Positions 1-9,570 of a stretch of DNA of 32,000 nucleotides are shown here, one piece after another. The notes under the pieces are model-generated. The model was given only the letters and a program-made list of their open reading frames with translations. It was not told the origin of the DNA and ran no database searches. The stretch lies in assembly GCA_937886445.1 (NCBI GenBank), contig CALGBY010000036.1:6-32005 (forward strand), read 5' to 3'. A program made the translations under genes and the position numbers. Each line of letters begins with the position of its first letter. The stretch's first letter is position 1. Source of the stretch: an uncultured Clostridia bacterium. GTDB lineage: Bacteria > Bacillota > Clostridia > Christensenellales > Aristaeellaceae.

Positions 1-254
1 CTTCCATGGGAACTCCTCCTGACGCATTGGATTTTGCTGCAACTCTATTCTATTCGTCTGGAGTTCCTTTTTCAATTGTGCGAAAAATATTTTACCTTAT
101 CCTCCTTTGTCATGTTATTTCTATACAGCTCGTTTTCGTATAGTAAACAATCGCATCAAAAACAAAGTAGGCTTATTTCACTAAATCAATATTTCCACTC
201 AAAGTCATGTTCCAACTTCGTATGAAAAAGTTGTATCAAATATCAATAATAACT

Positions 255-3200
255 CTACTGCTGTCCCCATGCCTCGATTTCAGAGACACAAATATCCTTG
301 GGATAGGCACTGCCTTTATAATAGCCTTTTATGCGAATACGTATAGCAGTGACATTGTAGTGCCCTCTGAGGTCAAAGCAAACTCCAAGATTCCTGCTTT
401 TCCAATCCTTGGTTTCAGGAATGGTAAAGGTTTGAAGATCAGTAAAGTTACTGTTGTTGCCATACTGGAAGGAAACCTCTATCTTTTTCATTCTCGAATT
501 TCTTGTATACTGATCCTTCCCGTTTGTGATTAACCAGAAGCCATTTTTTATATGAAGTGAACTGATGGAAGACGGGACTTGCAGATAGTAATCAAAGAAA
601 ATGTCATCAGCTGAACGGACATCTCGCAGGCTTGCCTGCCAGCTTGTCTCAATATTGTGATCGACAGCACTTTCTGCCGCATAGGAGTTCGGTATCTTAG
701 AATTAACGATCCACGAGGAAGCATTCACAAATGAAGGGATAAGCAGCGCACCGGAATTGATAACTATGTTTTCTCTGGGGACAAATCCTCGAACGGTCTT
801 TTTCTTGACCGTTGTCTCAATATAAGCCCAGTTTTCGAAGGTGGCCAGATATGTAACTTCCTTTGTCTGTGCTATCTTTACAATCTTTGTGCTTTGCTTA
901 ATGGGATCATCTGTCAATTGAGATTCCTTTGCTACATATGCAGGCAGTGAAGTAAAGTTCAACAAATCATACGAACCGGCAGAAGGCAATTGAATATACC
1001 CGAAACGCCAATTGCCTTTATCCGTTTGGTATTTGACCATCACCCAATCATCAGAAGTACGTCCGCAGATATAGGTATCACCATTTAGTGATACAGCAGC
1101 TTTTCCATTACTACCGCGCCATGATTTTGTTGAAGGAGCGCTGTAAACGGGGTATTTCTTGTTTCTTCTTTCGCAAAGTGCGAATGTAGGAAGTAAATAA
1201 GGGTCTGGCACAGGAGATACAGCGGGCAGATTGGAAACGAGTAATTCAGAATCGTATATGACACCTGACGGGTTGGTTTGTTGTGTAGTCGCAGGAACCT
1301 GATTTTCAGACACAGAACGATCGTTATTGCCCGGTAATGAAATCTGAGGTTGTTGCGTGACAGTGTTTATGCTATTTATGATCTCATCCAAGTTCATGGC
1401 AATACTATCGCCTTTCCACATGCATCGATCCCCTACGGCAATAATACACGTATCAATGGCTTGAAGGACTTCGTTCTGATAACTTGACGCAGATATGGAG
1501 GGGTTAGTGGAATAAACAGTCCCATCAGTGTATGTTGCATCAGCTTCATAAAGATAGTCAAAAATTGTGTATTCTGTCGCACCATCCCGATTTATGATAT
1601 AGGTACCGATTTCACTAATCGTTTCATCGAATCGATCCAATAAGGCAATTCGCTTATCGTTTTCCCAGTTACAGTAGCCCAACACAAAATCTGTGTACTC
1701 AAAATGAAGATATCGATCCGGTTCAACCGTACCCAAATGAAATGGATTCTCAAGCCACGGAAGCCGAATGGTTACTGGCATAAGCGTTCGCCCGTTATCC
1801 AAGGTTGTCCAGATGTTCAAATGAATATTGTCAACTTCACCTTCAACCGTAGAAAAAATACTACCGGGTTCGTTCTCTGCTGATAGGTATATAAGATCAG
1901 GAATACCATCGCCATTCAAATCTGTAATCGCTATGCCATCTGAAGCATACTGTCCATGACCGCGATTTCTGAAATTCACTGCCCAATTTTCATAAAGACG
2001 AATAGCTGATTCATCTGACTGTAACTGTGTCCGGTAGGCAGATAAAATATTCGAATTCGATGCATTGAGGAAATCATCGGTTTCATGTTTGAGTGAATTT
2101 GGAACAACAAATGGTTCATTTGTTGTTGCTTCAACTTTCAGTGCAGAATTAATTACGATACCCGTTGCGATAACCGGACAGCCATACCACATCGGTGCGA
2201 TTTCTTCTTCCAAGAAGGAAAGAAAGATCTCTCCGTTTCTGGAAATGAAAAATGATAGGCTTTCCAAATCAAGGGGCTGAGTCAGTTTGAAGATATTTGT
2301 ACCGTTGTCATCTGGATAATCACGCTTCTGCGCATCGGTGATAATTTGGAAAAGCTTGTTACGAAACTCTTCTGCTGAATACCCAGTAGATACGACAAGA
2401 TCTTCCAATGTCAGCTGTTTCCCTGTTTTTAAATCGAAGGTGAAGCCGTTTGTATAGTCCCACCATGCTGTACCGCCACCATTGCCATGTTCGATCAAAA
2501 TAACGGATAACAAATCGTTTTGGCAGTATTGTATAGCGGAAGAAAGAAAATCTCCTGTAATGGGTAGCAAACGCTCATCTTCGGGAATAATCAGACAGTC
2601 CGCGTATTCAATTAATTCTCCGCTTTCTTCGCTTTGCTTAAAGCTTCGTACATCTTGAGAATATGTCTGATATTTTTTCTCAAAAAATTGGTTGATAGAC
2701 GCAATGCCGGTTTCATCTCCGAGAATAACTGGCTGGTCGAACACAAACTCTGCTTCATATCCTGATGGGAGTATATAGGAAAGGTCATGTCGCATAAAAT
2801 CAATACGAATGAGCCGATCATCAGATTGCTCTGATAATACTAATTGGCTTTCTTCCGGTTGTTCAATGACATCAAAGTTGGTAGGCTGTAATGGAAGGTT
2901 TTCTGATGATCCTGTCAGGTAAATAAAACCGGAAAGACCGGAGTCATCGAGTGATTTCCATTGATCAACAACATATCCGTAATATGGAGGGCCATCAAAA
3001 TCTGTACGTCCGCCTTCGACAACATAATACCCACCATTGTCAACTGCTGTTACATAAGCAACATGGATCGCGCCATTTTCACCATAAACTGCAATTGAAT
3101 TAACCTGAGGGGAATCACCCGTTACCAAACCACATTCTTTTGCACTCGCCAGCCATGTGTTGGCATTACCCACCCAGGTTGGTAATTGTATACCAAGCCG

Positions 3201-5450
3201 ATTATATGCTTCTTGCCAAGCGACCTCTGTGCATGGTATTTCATATAGGCCATCTCCATCCCAATCTTGACTGACGAAATAATAAGGATTGATCGGGTTT
3301 TCATAATCAACGGGAAGTGCAACAGGTGTTCCTCCACCAGACGAAGAAGTCATATTTCGCTCAGAATCCTCAATGAAATGTTCATCGTTTTCTGGTATAG
3401 GCGGAAACGTTTCCATAGGCGCAATAGTTTGCATCAGCGAATAGTCTGGTTCCTGTGTCGATTCTGGAGCAGGTGTTTCTTTTACTTCTGAAATATACAC
3501 ATTTTTATGGCCGATTTCCGGATTGTCATCCGATGTTCCGAGCGCGTAAATGTAAACATCTTGGTTTCCATACAAATCCGTTGAGATTGTGGCATTGAAT
3601 CGATGGAAACCGGTAATTCCATGTGCGTTGTTTACATCATCGCTATCAAGATCGGCAACGCCAATGGAGTAACCTCTGCCGATACCGGCAGGACCACCGA
3701 TGTAGACATGAATTGTCAAGGAAGCCTCCGGACCGTCCGGGTCGAATGCCCAACCAGAAACACAAACAGTTCCTCTGCTACCTTCAATAGAATCTACGCA
3801 CCCTATGGGATCATGATTAATCTGCTGAGAAGAAAGGTTTTCTGTTGATCCTGTCAGGTAAATAAAACCAGAAAGACCTGAGTCATCAAGTGATTTCCAT
3901 TGGCCAACTACATATCCATAGCATGGGGGGCCATCAAAATCTGTACGTCCGCCTTCAGTTACGTAATATCCGCCATTGCCAACAGCCGTCACATAGGCAA
4001 CATGGACTGCGCCATTTTCGCCATAAACAGCTATTGAGTTTACCTTGGGAGATGCGCCTGTTGCCAGACCGTATCCTATTGCACTTTCCAGCCATGTGTT
4101 GGCATTACCCCATGCGGGTAATTGTATGCCAAGTCGATTATATGCTTCTTGCCATGCGACCTCTGTGCATGGTATTTCATATAGGCTGTCTCCATCCCAG
4201 TCCTGACTGACAAAATAATATGGATTAATTGGGTTTTCATAATCAGCAGGCAGAGCTATAGATGCTCCTGTAACATCTGATGACGACTGGTTTGTCTCGG
4301 TGGTCGCATTGAATTCCTCTGCGATTTCAATTCCTGTCATTGGCGGAAGCGTTTCCATAGGTGCATAAGTTGGCATCAGCGAATAATCCGGTTTCTGCAT
4401 CGGTTCCGGAGTAGGGGCTTCTTCTGAGATGTACACGTTTGCATTGCCAATTTCAGGGTTATCATCCGATGTTCCAAGTGCATAGATGTAAACATCCTGA
4501 CTACCATACAGATCAGTTGAGATCGTAGTACTAAACCGGTGGAGACCGGTAATTCCATGAGCATTGTTTACATCATCACTGATAAGATCGGTAACTCCAA
4601 TTGAATAGCTTTTTCCAATACCGGCAGGACCGCCTATATATACATGAATTGTCAAAGATGCCTCCGGATTGTCTGGATCAAATGCCCAACCGGCAACATG
4701 AACGGTTCCATCGCCTCCTTCAATAGAATCTACGCATCCTATCGGGTCATGATTATTCTGCTGAATTGGCTCTGCTTCTTCTACTTCAATGCTAACTGTT
4801 GCAGGCGTCGTTGATATTTGATAATCACCCACATACCAATAACCTAGCATATGGTCAAGAATACCATTTTGGGAATAACCTTGCAATTTCCATGGATGAC
4901 TAAAAGACGATTCTGTGAGTGTGCCAAATCCACTTTCATTAACACAAGCCCGAACATCCGAATCAGCGCAATACAATGTATCACTGACGTATCCGGTCAA
5001 AAGAACTGCGTGTCTATTAGAAGTATATTCATTAGAGTACTCGCAGTAAAGTACAATTCCTTCAGGGCTTCTGTCCAAATACTCTTTCAATTCATCCAAA
5101 CTGCAAGCTCCAGAATGATATAGAACATGGACATAGTCACCATTGGTGAAAGGATAGATGAAATTCCAACTAAGGCCTTGTCCGTCTACCCAACCATAAG
5201 GCTCAACGGATTGTTCCGTAACACTTTGCCAGTTTGATGAATCTCCACCGCCATAATAATAACACATTCCGCGAATCATCATGGCAGCTGCCGCCAAAGT
5301 GCATGTATAGCCTGTTGCCTGTGGCATTACCAATTGAGTTGCATAACTACTTCCGTTGTTGGCAGCATAGCCGGATTGTCCGCAGAAAAAACTCAACAAA
5401 CAGACCAATATCAGCAAAAGGACTACTTTCGGGCATCTGTTGCATCTCAT
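255..5450 (-). CDS. Secreted multidomain cell-wall hydrolase: signal peptide; papain-fold C39-like Cys peptidase; 2 x (beta-sandwich + CHAP); DUF3298/RsiV-like domain; 2 SH3b-like domains; C-terminal discoidin (F5/8 type C)
   Basis: ORF track gives 255..5504. I trimmed the start to ATG 5450 (MRCNRCPKVVLLLILVCLL...), which has SD AGGAGA at 5461-5466 and a 10-nt spacer. ATG 5459 is only 1 nt from the SD, and 5504 would overlap the upstream stop. Motifs in the translation: hydrophobic signal ending GYA/ANN; GYTCTLAAAAM ... NRHAVLLTGY (Cys/His, papain-like); YEIPCTEVAW ... HVAYVTAV twice (CHAP Cys/His); HGNGGGTAWWDYTNGFTFDLKTGK (DUF3298-like); ITDLNGDGIPDLIY; WRFGYIQ and VRGFVPRENI (SH3b-like); AVDHNIETSWQ ... 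VSEIEAWG (discoidin-like). Confidence 0.85.
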   Translation of the reverse strand: MRCNRCPKVVLLLILVCLLSFFCGQSGYAANNGSSYATQLVMPQATGYTCTLAAAAMMIRGMCYYYGGGDSSNWQSVTEQSVEPYGWVDGQGLSWNFIYPFTNGDYVHVLYHSGACSLDELKEYLDRSPEGIVLYCEYSNEYTSNRHAVLLTGYVSDTLYCADSDVRACVNESGFGTLTESSFSHPWKLQGYSQNGILDHMLGYWYVGDYQISTTPATVSIEVEEAEPIQQNNHDPIGCVDSIEGGDGTVHVAGWAFDPDNPEASLTIHVYIGGPAGIGKSYSIGVTDLISDDVNNAHGITGLHRFSTTISTDLYGSQDVYIYALGTSDDNPEIGNANVYISEEAPTPEPMQKPDYSLMPTYAPMETLPPMTGIEIAEEFNATTETNQSSSDVTGASIALPADYENPINPYYFVSQDWDGDSLYEIPCTEVAWQEAYNRLGIQLPAWGNANTWLESAIGYGLATGASPKVNSIAVYGENGAVHVAYVTAVGNGGYYVTEGGRTDFDGPPCYGYVVGQWKSLDDSGLSGFIYLTGSTENLSSQQINHDPIGCVDSIEGSRGTVCVSGWAFDPDGPEASLTIHVYIGGPAGIGRGYSIGVADLDSDDVNNAHGITGFHRFNATISTDLYGNQDVYIYALGTSDDNPEIGHKNVYISEVKETPAPESTQEPDYSLMQTIAPMETFPPIPENDEHFIEDSERNMTSSSGGGTPVALPVDYENPINPYYFVSQDWDGDGLYEIPCTEVAWQEAYNRLGIQLPTWVGNANTWLASAKECGLVTGDSPQVNSIAVYGENGAIHVAYVTAVDNGGYYVVEGGRTDFDGPPYYGYVVDQWKSLDDSGLSGFIYLTGSSENLPLQPTNFDVIEQPEESQLVLSEQSDDRLIRIDFMRHDLSYILPSGYEAEFVFDQPVILGDETGIASINQFFEKKYQTYSQDVRSFKQSEESGELIEYADCLIIPEDERLLPITGDFLSSAIQYCQNDLLSVILIEHGNGGGTAWWDYTNGFTFDLKTGKQLTLEDLVVSTGYSAEEFRNKLFQIITDAQKRDYPDDNGTNIFKLTQPLDLESLSFFISRNGEIFLSFLEEEIAPMWYGCPVIATGIVINSALKVEATTNEPFVVPNSLKHETDDFLNASNSNILSAYRTQLQSDESAIRLYENWAVNFRNRGHGQYASDGIAITDLNGDGIPDLIYLSAENEPGSIFSTVEGEVDNIHLNIWTTLDNGRTLMPVTIRLPWLENPFHLGTVEPDRYLHFEYTDFVLGYCNWENDKRIALLDRFDETISEIGTYIINRDGATEYTIFDYLYEADATYTDGTVYSTNPSISASSYQNEVLQAIDTCIIAVGDRCMWKGDSIAMNLDEIINSINTVTQQPQISLPGNNDRSVSENQVPATTQQTNPSGVIYDSELLVSNLPAVSPVPDPYLLPTFALCERRNKKYPVYSAPSTKSWRGSNGKAAVSLNGDTYICGRTSDDWVMVKYQTDKGNWRFGYIQLPSAGSYDLLNFTSLPAYVAKESQLTDDPIKQSTKIVKIAQTKEVTYLATFENWAYIETTVKKKTVRGFVPRENIVINSGALLIPSFVNASSWIVNSKIPNSYAAESAVDHNIETSWQASLRDVRSADDIFFDYYLQVPSSISSLHIKNGFWLITNGKDQYTRNSRMKKIEVSFQYGNNSNFTDLQTFTIPETKDWKSRNLGVCFDLRGHYNVTAIRIRIKGYYKGSAYPKDICVSEIEAWGQQ
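2901..4757. repeat. Intragenic tandem duplication, 2 units of about 0.92-0.94 kb (2901-3821 and 3837-4757), each encoding one beta-sandwich + P/T/E linker + CHAP module
   Basis: Protein residues ~250-556 and ~562-868 of the track ORF are near-identical (NHDPIGCVDSIEG...FIYLTGS). At the DNA level, 2901 ttctgatgatcctgtcaggtaaataaaacc matches 3840 ttctgttgatcctgtcaggtaaataaaacc. Identity continues at roughly 80-85% by eye, with a 3-nt indel (WGNAN vs WVGNAN). Confidence 0.9.
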
Positions 5451-5496
5451 TTTCGTCATCTCTCCTAAAAAAGTCGCAGCTTTAAGCTTCTGCCTA

Positions 5497-6741
5497 TTAA
5501 TCAAGATTTACAAATTCAACACCGTAGTTATTTAGTGCTGAATAGTTGCCTTCTGCTGCCTGTACTGCCAAAGTATTATAAATTTCATTGTTGTAAATCG
5601 GAACCGCAGTTACTTCATAACAATTATTTTTATTCTTCAAAATTGTAACAGCACATATGCAACCCTCATCTTCATCCTTACTTACACAATATATCCAATA
5701 AACTGAATCTTTCGCATCAAGAGAGGGTGTGGCAAAATTAATCCTCATTGTTGACTGGGCTACAATTTCGGTCTCAGTACTAAAATTGTAGTTTATATGG
5801 GTAGCAAACATATGGTAATTTGTAAATTTGTCATCAGAATACTCAGTTGAGTCAAGGAATGCCTTCATATCCACAGCCTGCAAATCCCACTTAACGCAAA
5901 GCTGCGGATTATTATTTAGCAAAGCACATTTTTGGCACAAATCCTTACATTCTGGGGGAATGGCAACTGATCCATTGCTCCACTTCCACATATCGTTACC
6001 ATCGGCTGCCATGCTTGAGACAAGTCGATGAATCAATTCATTTACGGTAAGGGTGCTTTGATACTGAGTGTTGGCAAGTACAGACAGAATTTCTTCGGCC
6101 TGCGACTTGGTAAGTTTAGGCGTTGAGGCTTTAGAAAGCTTATATTCAGATAAAGCTCTCTTGAGGTTAATTGAAACATCGCTAAATATTGGTACTGTCG
6201 CTGCGCTAATTGCTCCTTCACCATTGAAGAAGCAAATGCAAACAGCACTCGTTTTCTCTGCACCGCTTATCTCAACAACATATACTGCTTTTTCGTTTCC
6301 AGAATAGGCATAACTGTTGTTAAGATTAATGGTGCTTCCAGATGAGCATGCCGCCACAGAAACCGATCCATACGAAGCTAACGCATTAAAAAGTGCATTA
6401 TTGATTTCCGTTATCACATCATCGGATAAACTTCCGTCAATCTTAAGTTTGTAAACAGTCACTTTCGATGCCTCAGTATCACCGAATTGGTTTTTATAGT
6501 TATTCAACAATACTTGAACACTTTCATTTAACCCGAATCGTGTCATGTTTTCTACCGTTATAGCGTCAAGCATTTCATTTGTCTCGCGCAAAGCAACTGT
6601 ATACGTAACAACCGCCGAATCAGCCGAAAGAACCTGCGGATCGGCTGTTACCTGTTCATTTTTCATTCCGCAAGCCGATAATACGCCTGTAACGAGCAAA
6701 AGAATAATTGCCAAGGATAGCCATCTGCTAATTTGCTTCAT
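5497..6741 (-). CDS. Lipoprotein of unknown function (414 aa)
   Basis: N-terminus MKQISRWLSLAIILLLVTGVLSAC has a lipobox L-S-A-C after a hydrophobic segment. The gene lies 27 nt downstream of the preceding gene and 46 nt upstream of the hydrolase gene, on the same strand. I recognised no family motif. Confidence 0.8.
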   Translation of the reverse strand: MKQISRWLSLAIILLLVTGVLSACGMKNEQVTADPQVLSADSAVVTYTVALRETNEMLDAITVENMTRFGLNESVQVLLNNYKNQFGDTEASKVTVYKLKIDGSLSDDVITEINNALFNALASYGSVSVAACSSGSTINLNNSYAYSGNEKAVYVVEISGAEKTSAVCICFFNGEGAISAATVPIFSDVSINLKRALSEYKLSKASTPKLTKSQAEEILSVLANTQYQSTLTVNELIHRLVSSMAADGNDMWKWSNGSVAIPPECKDLCQKCALLNNNPQLCVKWDLQAVDMKAFLDSTEYSDDKFTNYHMFATHINYNFSTETEIVAQSTMRINFATPSLDAKDSVYWIYCVSKDEDEGCICAVTILKNKNNCYEVTAVPIYNNEIYNTLAVQAAEGNYSALNNYGVEFVNLD

Positions 6742-6768
6742 AATGATAAGCCCTCATTTTCTCTCATT

Positions 6769-7965
6769 TTACTGCTGTTCAAAATGGATATTTGCATTGA
6801 TCAAATCATCATTGCCGGGATCAATTTGGATATTGCGCCATTGCTCTTCGCTTCCGGAATAATACACATCTGTCAACGAGTCACAGCCGAAAAAAGCACG
6901 GTATCTTATGCTAAGCATAGACTCAGGGATCACCACATGCGTAAGTTTTTTGCAGCCAAGAAACGCTTCGGGAGCAATTTCATACATGCCGCTGACGATT
7001 TTGCATGATGTTATATCTTGATCATTGGCATATACCAATATAGGTTCAAAATAGTGTGCATTATCCCATATCGAATAGTTGCTTGTATGACGCTCTTCAT
7101 TTTTATTTTGAACAAGCTTTACCATATTTAATGTTGACACACATAATAGAGCCAATGAGATTCCAACGCAAAGAACACACGTGACTGAAGCTTTTCTTTT
7201 CGTGCGTTGCTGAGAGGCAAACGGGTTCAGTAACTCCGATATAAATCCGATAACGCACGTTACAAGCACAAGAATATCCTTGGCATCGATCAAGTATAGG
7301 CCGAATCGAGGACGAGCAATTTTGCATACTACCAACACCAAGGGGATAATGGATACGATCATTCCGTATATAAGTGATTTTACTTTGTCCTTATAGAACA
7401 AAATAAGCATAATAGATAGCATTGCAACCGATAAATAGCAACAAATATCTACCGCAATGCCCGGATATCTATACCATGTAGCTATGATTCCCAATACATT
7501 ATCGTAGTAATTCCATTTTACGTATGTATAGACGGTGAAGAGCAAAACATATATCGCTGCACATACTGCTGAAATCAACAGTAGGGAAAAACCCGTAATG
7601 GTAAGTGTTCTCTTGTGACTGAAAAAAGAAATGGAAGCGACCGCAAATCCTAAAGTAGTAACAGAAAGAATTGCTTTTTTAACTATTGACAACACCGGTA
7701 CGAAATCAGACGTTGACAGAATACCGAATACGCCGAAAGCACATATCAAGGCATAGACCACGCCAAGCAAAACAAATCGAGCATTGGAACGAGTCGATAA
7801 TAATGGTTTTTGCGAGATTTGCTGCATAGCATTATTTCCGGATACATCTCTCCTAAATCGTTCTATCTTGGGAGTTTCTATACCATTATTATTTATCGGC
7901 TTTCCGCAGAACGCGCAAAAAGTTGAGTTGTCCGGTATTTGATTACCACAATACTTGCAATACAT
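6769..7965 (-). CDS. Zinc-ribbon / polytopic membrane / BspA-type leucine-rich-repeat protein
   Basis: Start set at ATG 7965 (MYCKYCGNQIPDNSTFCAFCGKPI, a CxxC..CxxC zinc ribbon) with AAAGGTG 5 nt upstream; the track start at 7980 is a TTG. About 7-8 hydrophobic helices follow. The C-terminus FLGCKKLTHVVIPESMLSIRYRAFFGCDSLTDVYYSGSEEQWRNIQI looks like a BspA/LRR_5-type repeat ending. Confidence 0.8.
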   Translation of the reverse strand: MYCKYCGNQIPDNSTFCAFCGKPINNNGIETPKIERFRRDVSGNNAMQQISQKPLLSTRSNARFVLLGVVYALICAFGVFGILSTSDFVPVLSIVKKAILSVTTLGFAVASISFFSHKRTLTITGFSLLLISAVCAAIYVLLFTVYTYVKWNYYDNVLGIIATWYRYPGIAVDICCYLSVAMLSIMLILFYKDKVKSLIYGMIVSIIPLVLVVCKIARPRFGLYLIDAKDILVLVTCVIGFISELLNPFASQQRTKRKASVTCVLCVGISLALLCVSTLNMVKLVQNKNEERHTSNYSIWDNAHYFEPILVYANDQDITSCKIVSGMYEIAPEAFLGCKKLTHVVIPESMLSIRYRAFFGCDSLTDVYYSGSEEQWRNIQIDPGNDDLINANIHFEQQ

Positions 7966-8046
7966 AATAACACCTTTCAAAATACACTTTGTCTTTTGTA
8001 ATATTGATAATCGAAGTTTGAAATGTTTGAATGTTGCTCAGATCTT

Positions 8047-8628
8047 CTATTTAGTTTCACAAAGAATTTCATCTGAGGAAGGGGCATCTGGCACATAAAT
8101 TTCCTCTGGTTCAGTGTTCTCTACTGTAAGAACGGGCTCTTCAAGGATTGGTCTGTCTTCAATATCATCTTCAGATGTTGTTGAAGTTACTGTTGCTTTA
8201 GAATTATCTTCTTCGATTTTTATTGATGGTACAGGTTCTTCTATATTGTTGTTGTTACAGTCACGAGTGTTCATGTTATCACATATAGATGAATTGGCTT
8301 CCGTGCTTTGTATTGATTCATATTTGTAGACAATTACTCGTTCCTTTTGAATCAATCTCTCATTAATTGTCCAGGAAGAACATAAACTTTCAGCTACAAG
8401 ATTTTTTAAGGTCGGATCGTTCGTAATGATCGTTCCATCTACTTTTGCAATGTTTTCTGGACGTGCTTGACCAGCTTGAGTTTGTTGAATCTTCACACCA
8501 TAATCATCGCAAACTGTTTCTTCAATCTCGTCGAGGAGATCCTGTAGAAACTTCTTTTCTCCTGTGGAATCGCATTTTCGAATTCTGCGTTGAATTTTCG
8601 AACAAGCCTCAGCAAGCGGCTTTAACAA
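8047..8628 (-). CDS. Hypothetical acidic protein, possibly a 5'-damaged gene
   Basis: 193-codon ORF whose only candidate start is TTG 8628, with no SD. The frame stays open upstream to a TGA near 8785 without any ATG. A short ATG-initiated ORF (MHGYRSSIVL*) ends at that TGA. The C-terminal half is D/E/S/T-rich. Confidence 0.4.
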   Translation of the reverse strand: MLKPLAEACSKIQRRIRKCDSTGEKKFLQDLLDEIEETVCDDYGVKIQQTQAGQARPENIAKVDGTIITNDPTLKNLVAESLCSSWTINERLIQKERVIVYKYESIQSTEANSSICDNMNTRDCNNNNIEEPVPSIKIEEDNSKATVTSTTSEDDIEDRPILEEPVLTVENTEPEEIYVPDAPSSDEILCETK

Positions 8629-9082
8629 GTCTACAAGAATAATACCAGTTATGTATTTATCCTTTTCCTTGTTTTGCTCTTGAAGAATCGTGACTGTGTT
8701 TCGTTGATAGCGTTGTGTGTAATCAAGATTTTCCTTACATGTTGCAACAAGTGAAACGATTGATTCATTAATTAACAGTTTCCCAAATCACAGTACTATA
8801 GACGATCGATAACCGTGCATCCTATGTTTTTTGCGGTCTTACTGGTTGTTGTACGCTCCATTTAATATAGAACTTTATACTACTAAAGTACTATATATAA
8901 AGCGCTCTTAATTGCATTTTTGCAAAGTTTGCTTACTGTTTTTTCCTTATTTACACCTCTTTTCAGCATAGAAATATCTTGTTCTCTAAGAATTCATGAA
9001 TCGAGTGTTCTTATTTTCATGATCTTGATGATTTGAACTACCTTTTTGCTCGATTCCTATAGTACTGTCAACGAGGAAACTA

Positions 9083-9298
9083 TTAATTAATTCTATTTAG
9101 CTTATCTTTTAGTTTTCCCGTTTCGCCACATACTATGCTTTGGAGTTCTTCCTTACTAACAACAGGCTGTACATTTGGATCGCGGCTTTCTGGTATTGAT
9201 TCACTCGATGCCGTTATGGAATCCTCAACTTCATTTGCCGTTGCTATCTGTTCTGTAGCAGCCGTTTCCGAAGTGTTTTTCAATATTGTGTCCTCCAT
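9083..9298 (-). CDS. Small acidic hypothetical protein (71 aa)
   Basis: ATG 9298 is preceded by GGGAGGAAG (9303-9311) with a ~7-nt spacer. No family recognised. It sits in an otherwise non-coding AT-rich tract. Confidence 0.45.
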   Translation of the reverse strand: MEDTILKNTSETAATEQIATANEVEDSITASSESIPESRDPNVQPVVSKEELQSIVCGETGKLKDKLNRIN

Positions 9299-9570
9299 GT
9301 TACTTCCTCCCGCGTTTCTATGAAATCAATATTATAATCAGTTACGTAGTACAAACGTTATATGTTCAACTATGCTGAACTAACAATCCATGCTCGCATT
9401 CAGATCGAAAAGTAGACTTTACACACCACTGTTATTCATGGTGTTTTTCATTATCAGCGATGTCGGAAAAGCCTTAAAAATCAATACACTCTGACACAAT
9501 AAAATTATACATCGAATGGTGTCAAAAGTCTACATTCCACACCACTTTTTTTGTTACGACTTTTTGAATT

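Noticed and set aside
1-30. Possible start of a minus-strand gene at the left edge: AGGAGG at 13-18 on the complement, ATG at position 7; an alternative ATG at 27 lies in another frame.
   Set aside because: Only 2-9 codons lie inside the window and two frames are open, so no product or frame can be supported.
34-533. Plus-strand ORFs 34..225 and 207..533.
   Set aside because: The first lies in AT-rich intergenic DNA without an SD. The second is antisense to the discoidin-domain end of the hydrolase gene.
8790-9068. 12-bp inverted repeat ACAGTACTATAG (8790-8801) / CTATAGTACTGT (9057-9068) flanking about 255 bp, considered as a possible MITE or insertion scar.
   Set aside because: A 12-mer inverted pair within 300 bp is expected about 0.5 times by chance in 32 kb. 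I saw no target-site duplication and no further terminal similarity. One point is worth keeping: the left arm coincides with the point where the 8047.. ORF frame is closed by a TGA.
8047-9298. Similar C-terminal endings of the two acidic ORFs (…SIVCGETGK… vs …EILCETK*), considered as paralogous peptide precursors.
   Set aside because: The similarity is only about 6 residues, and no modification or export genes are nearby. This is too weak to support a claim.
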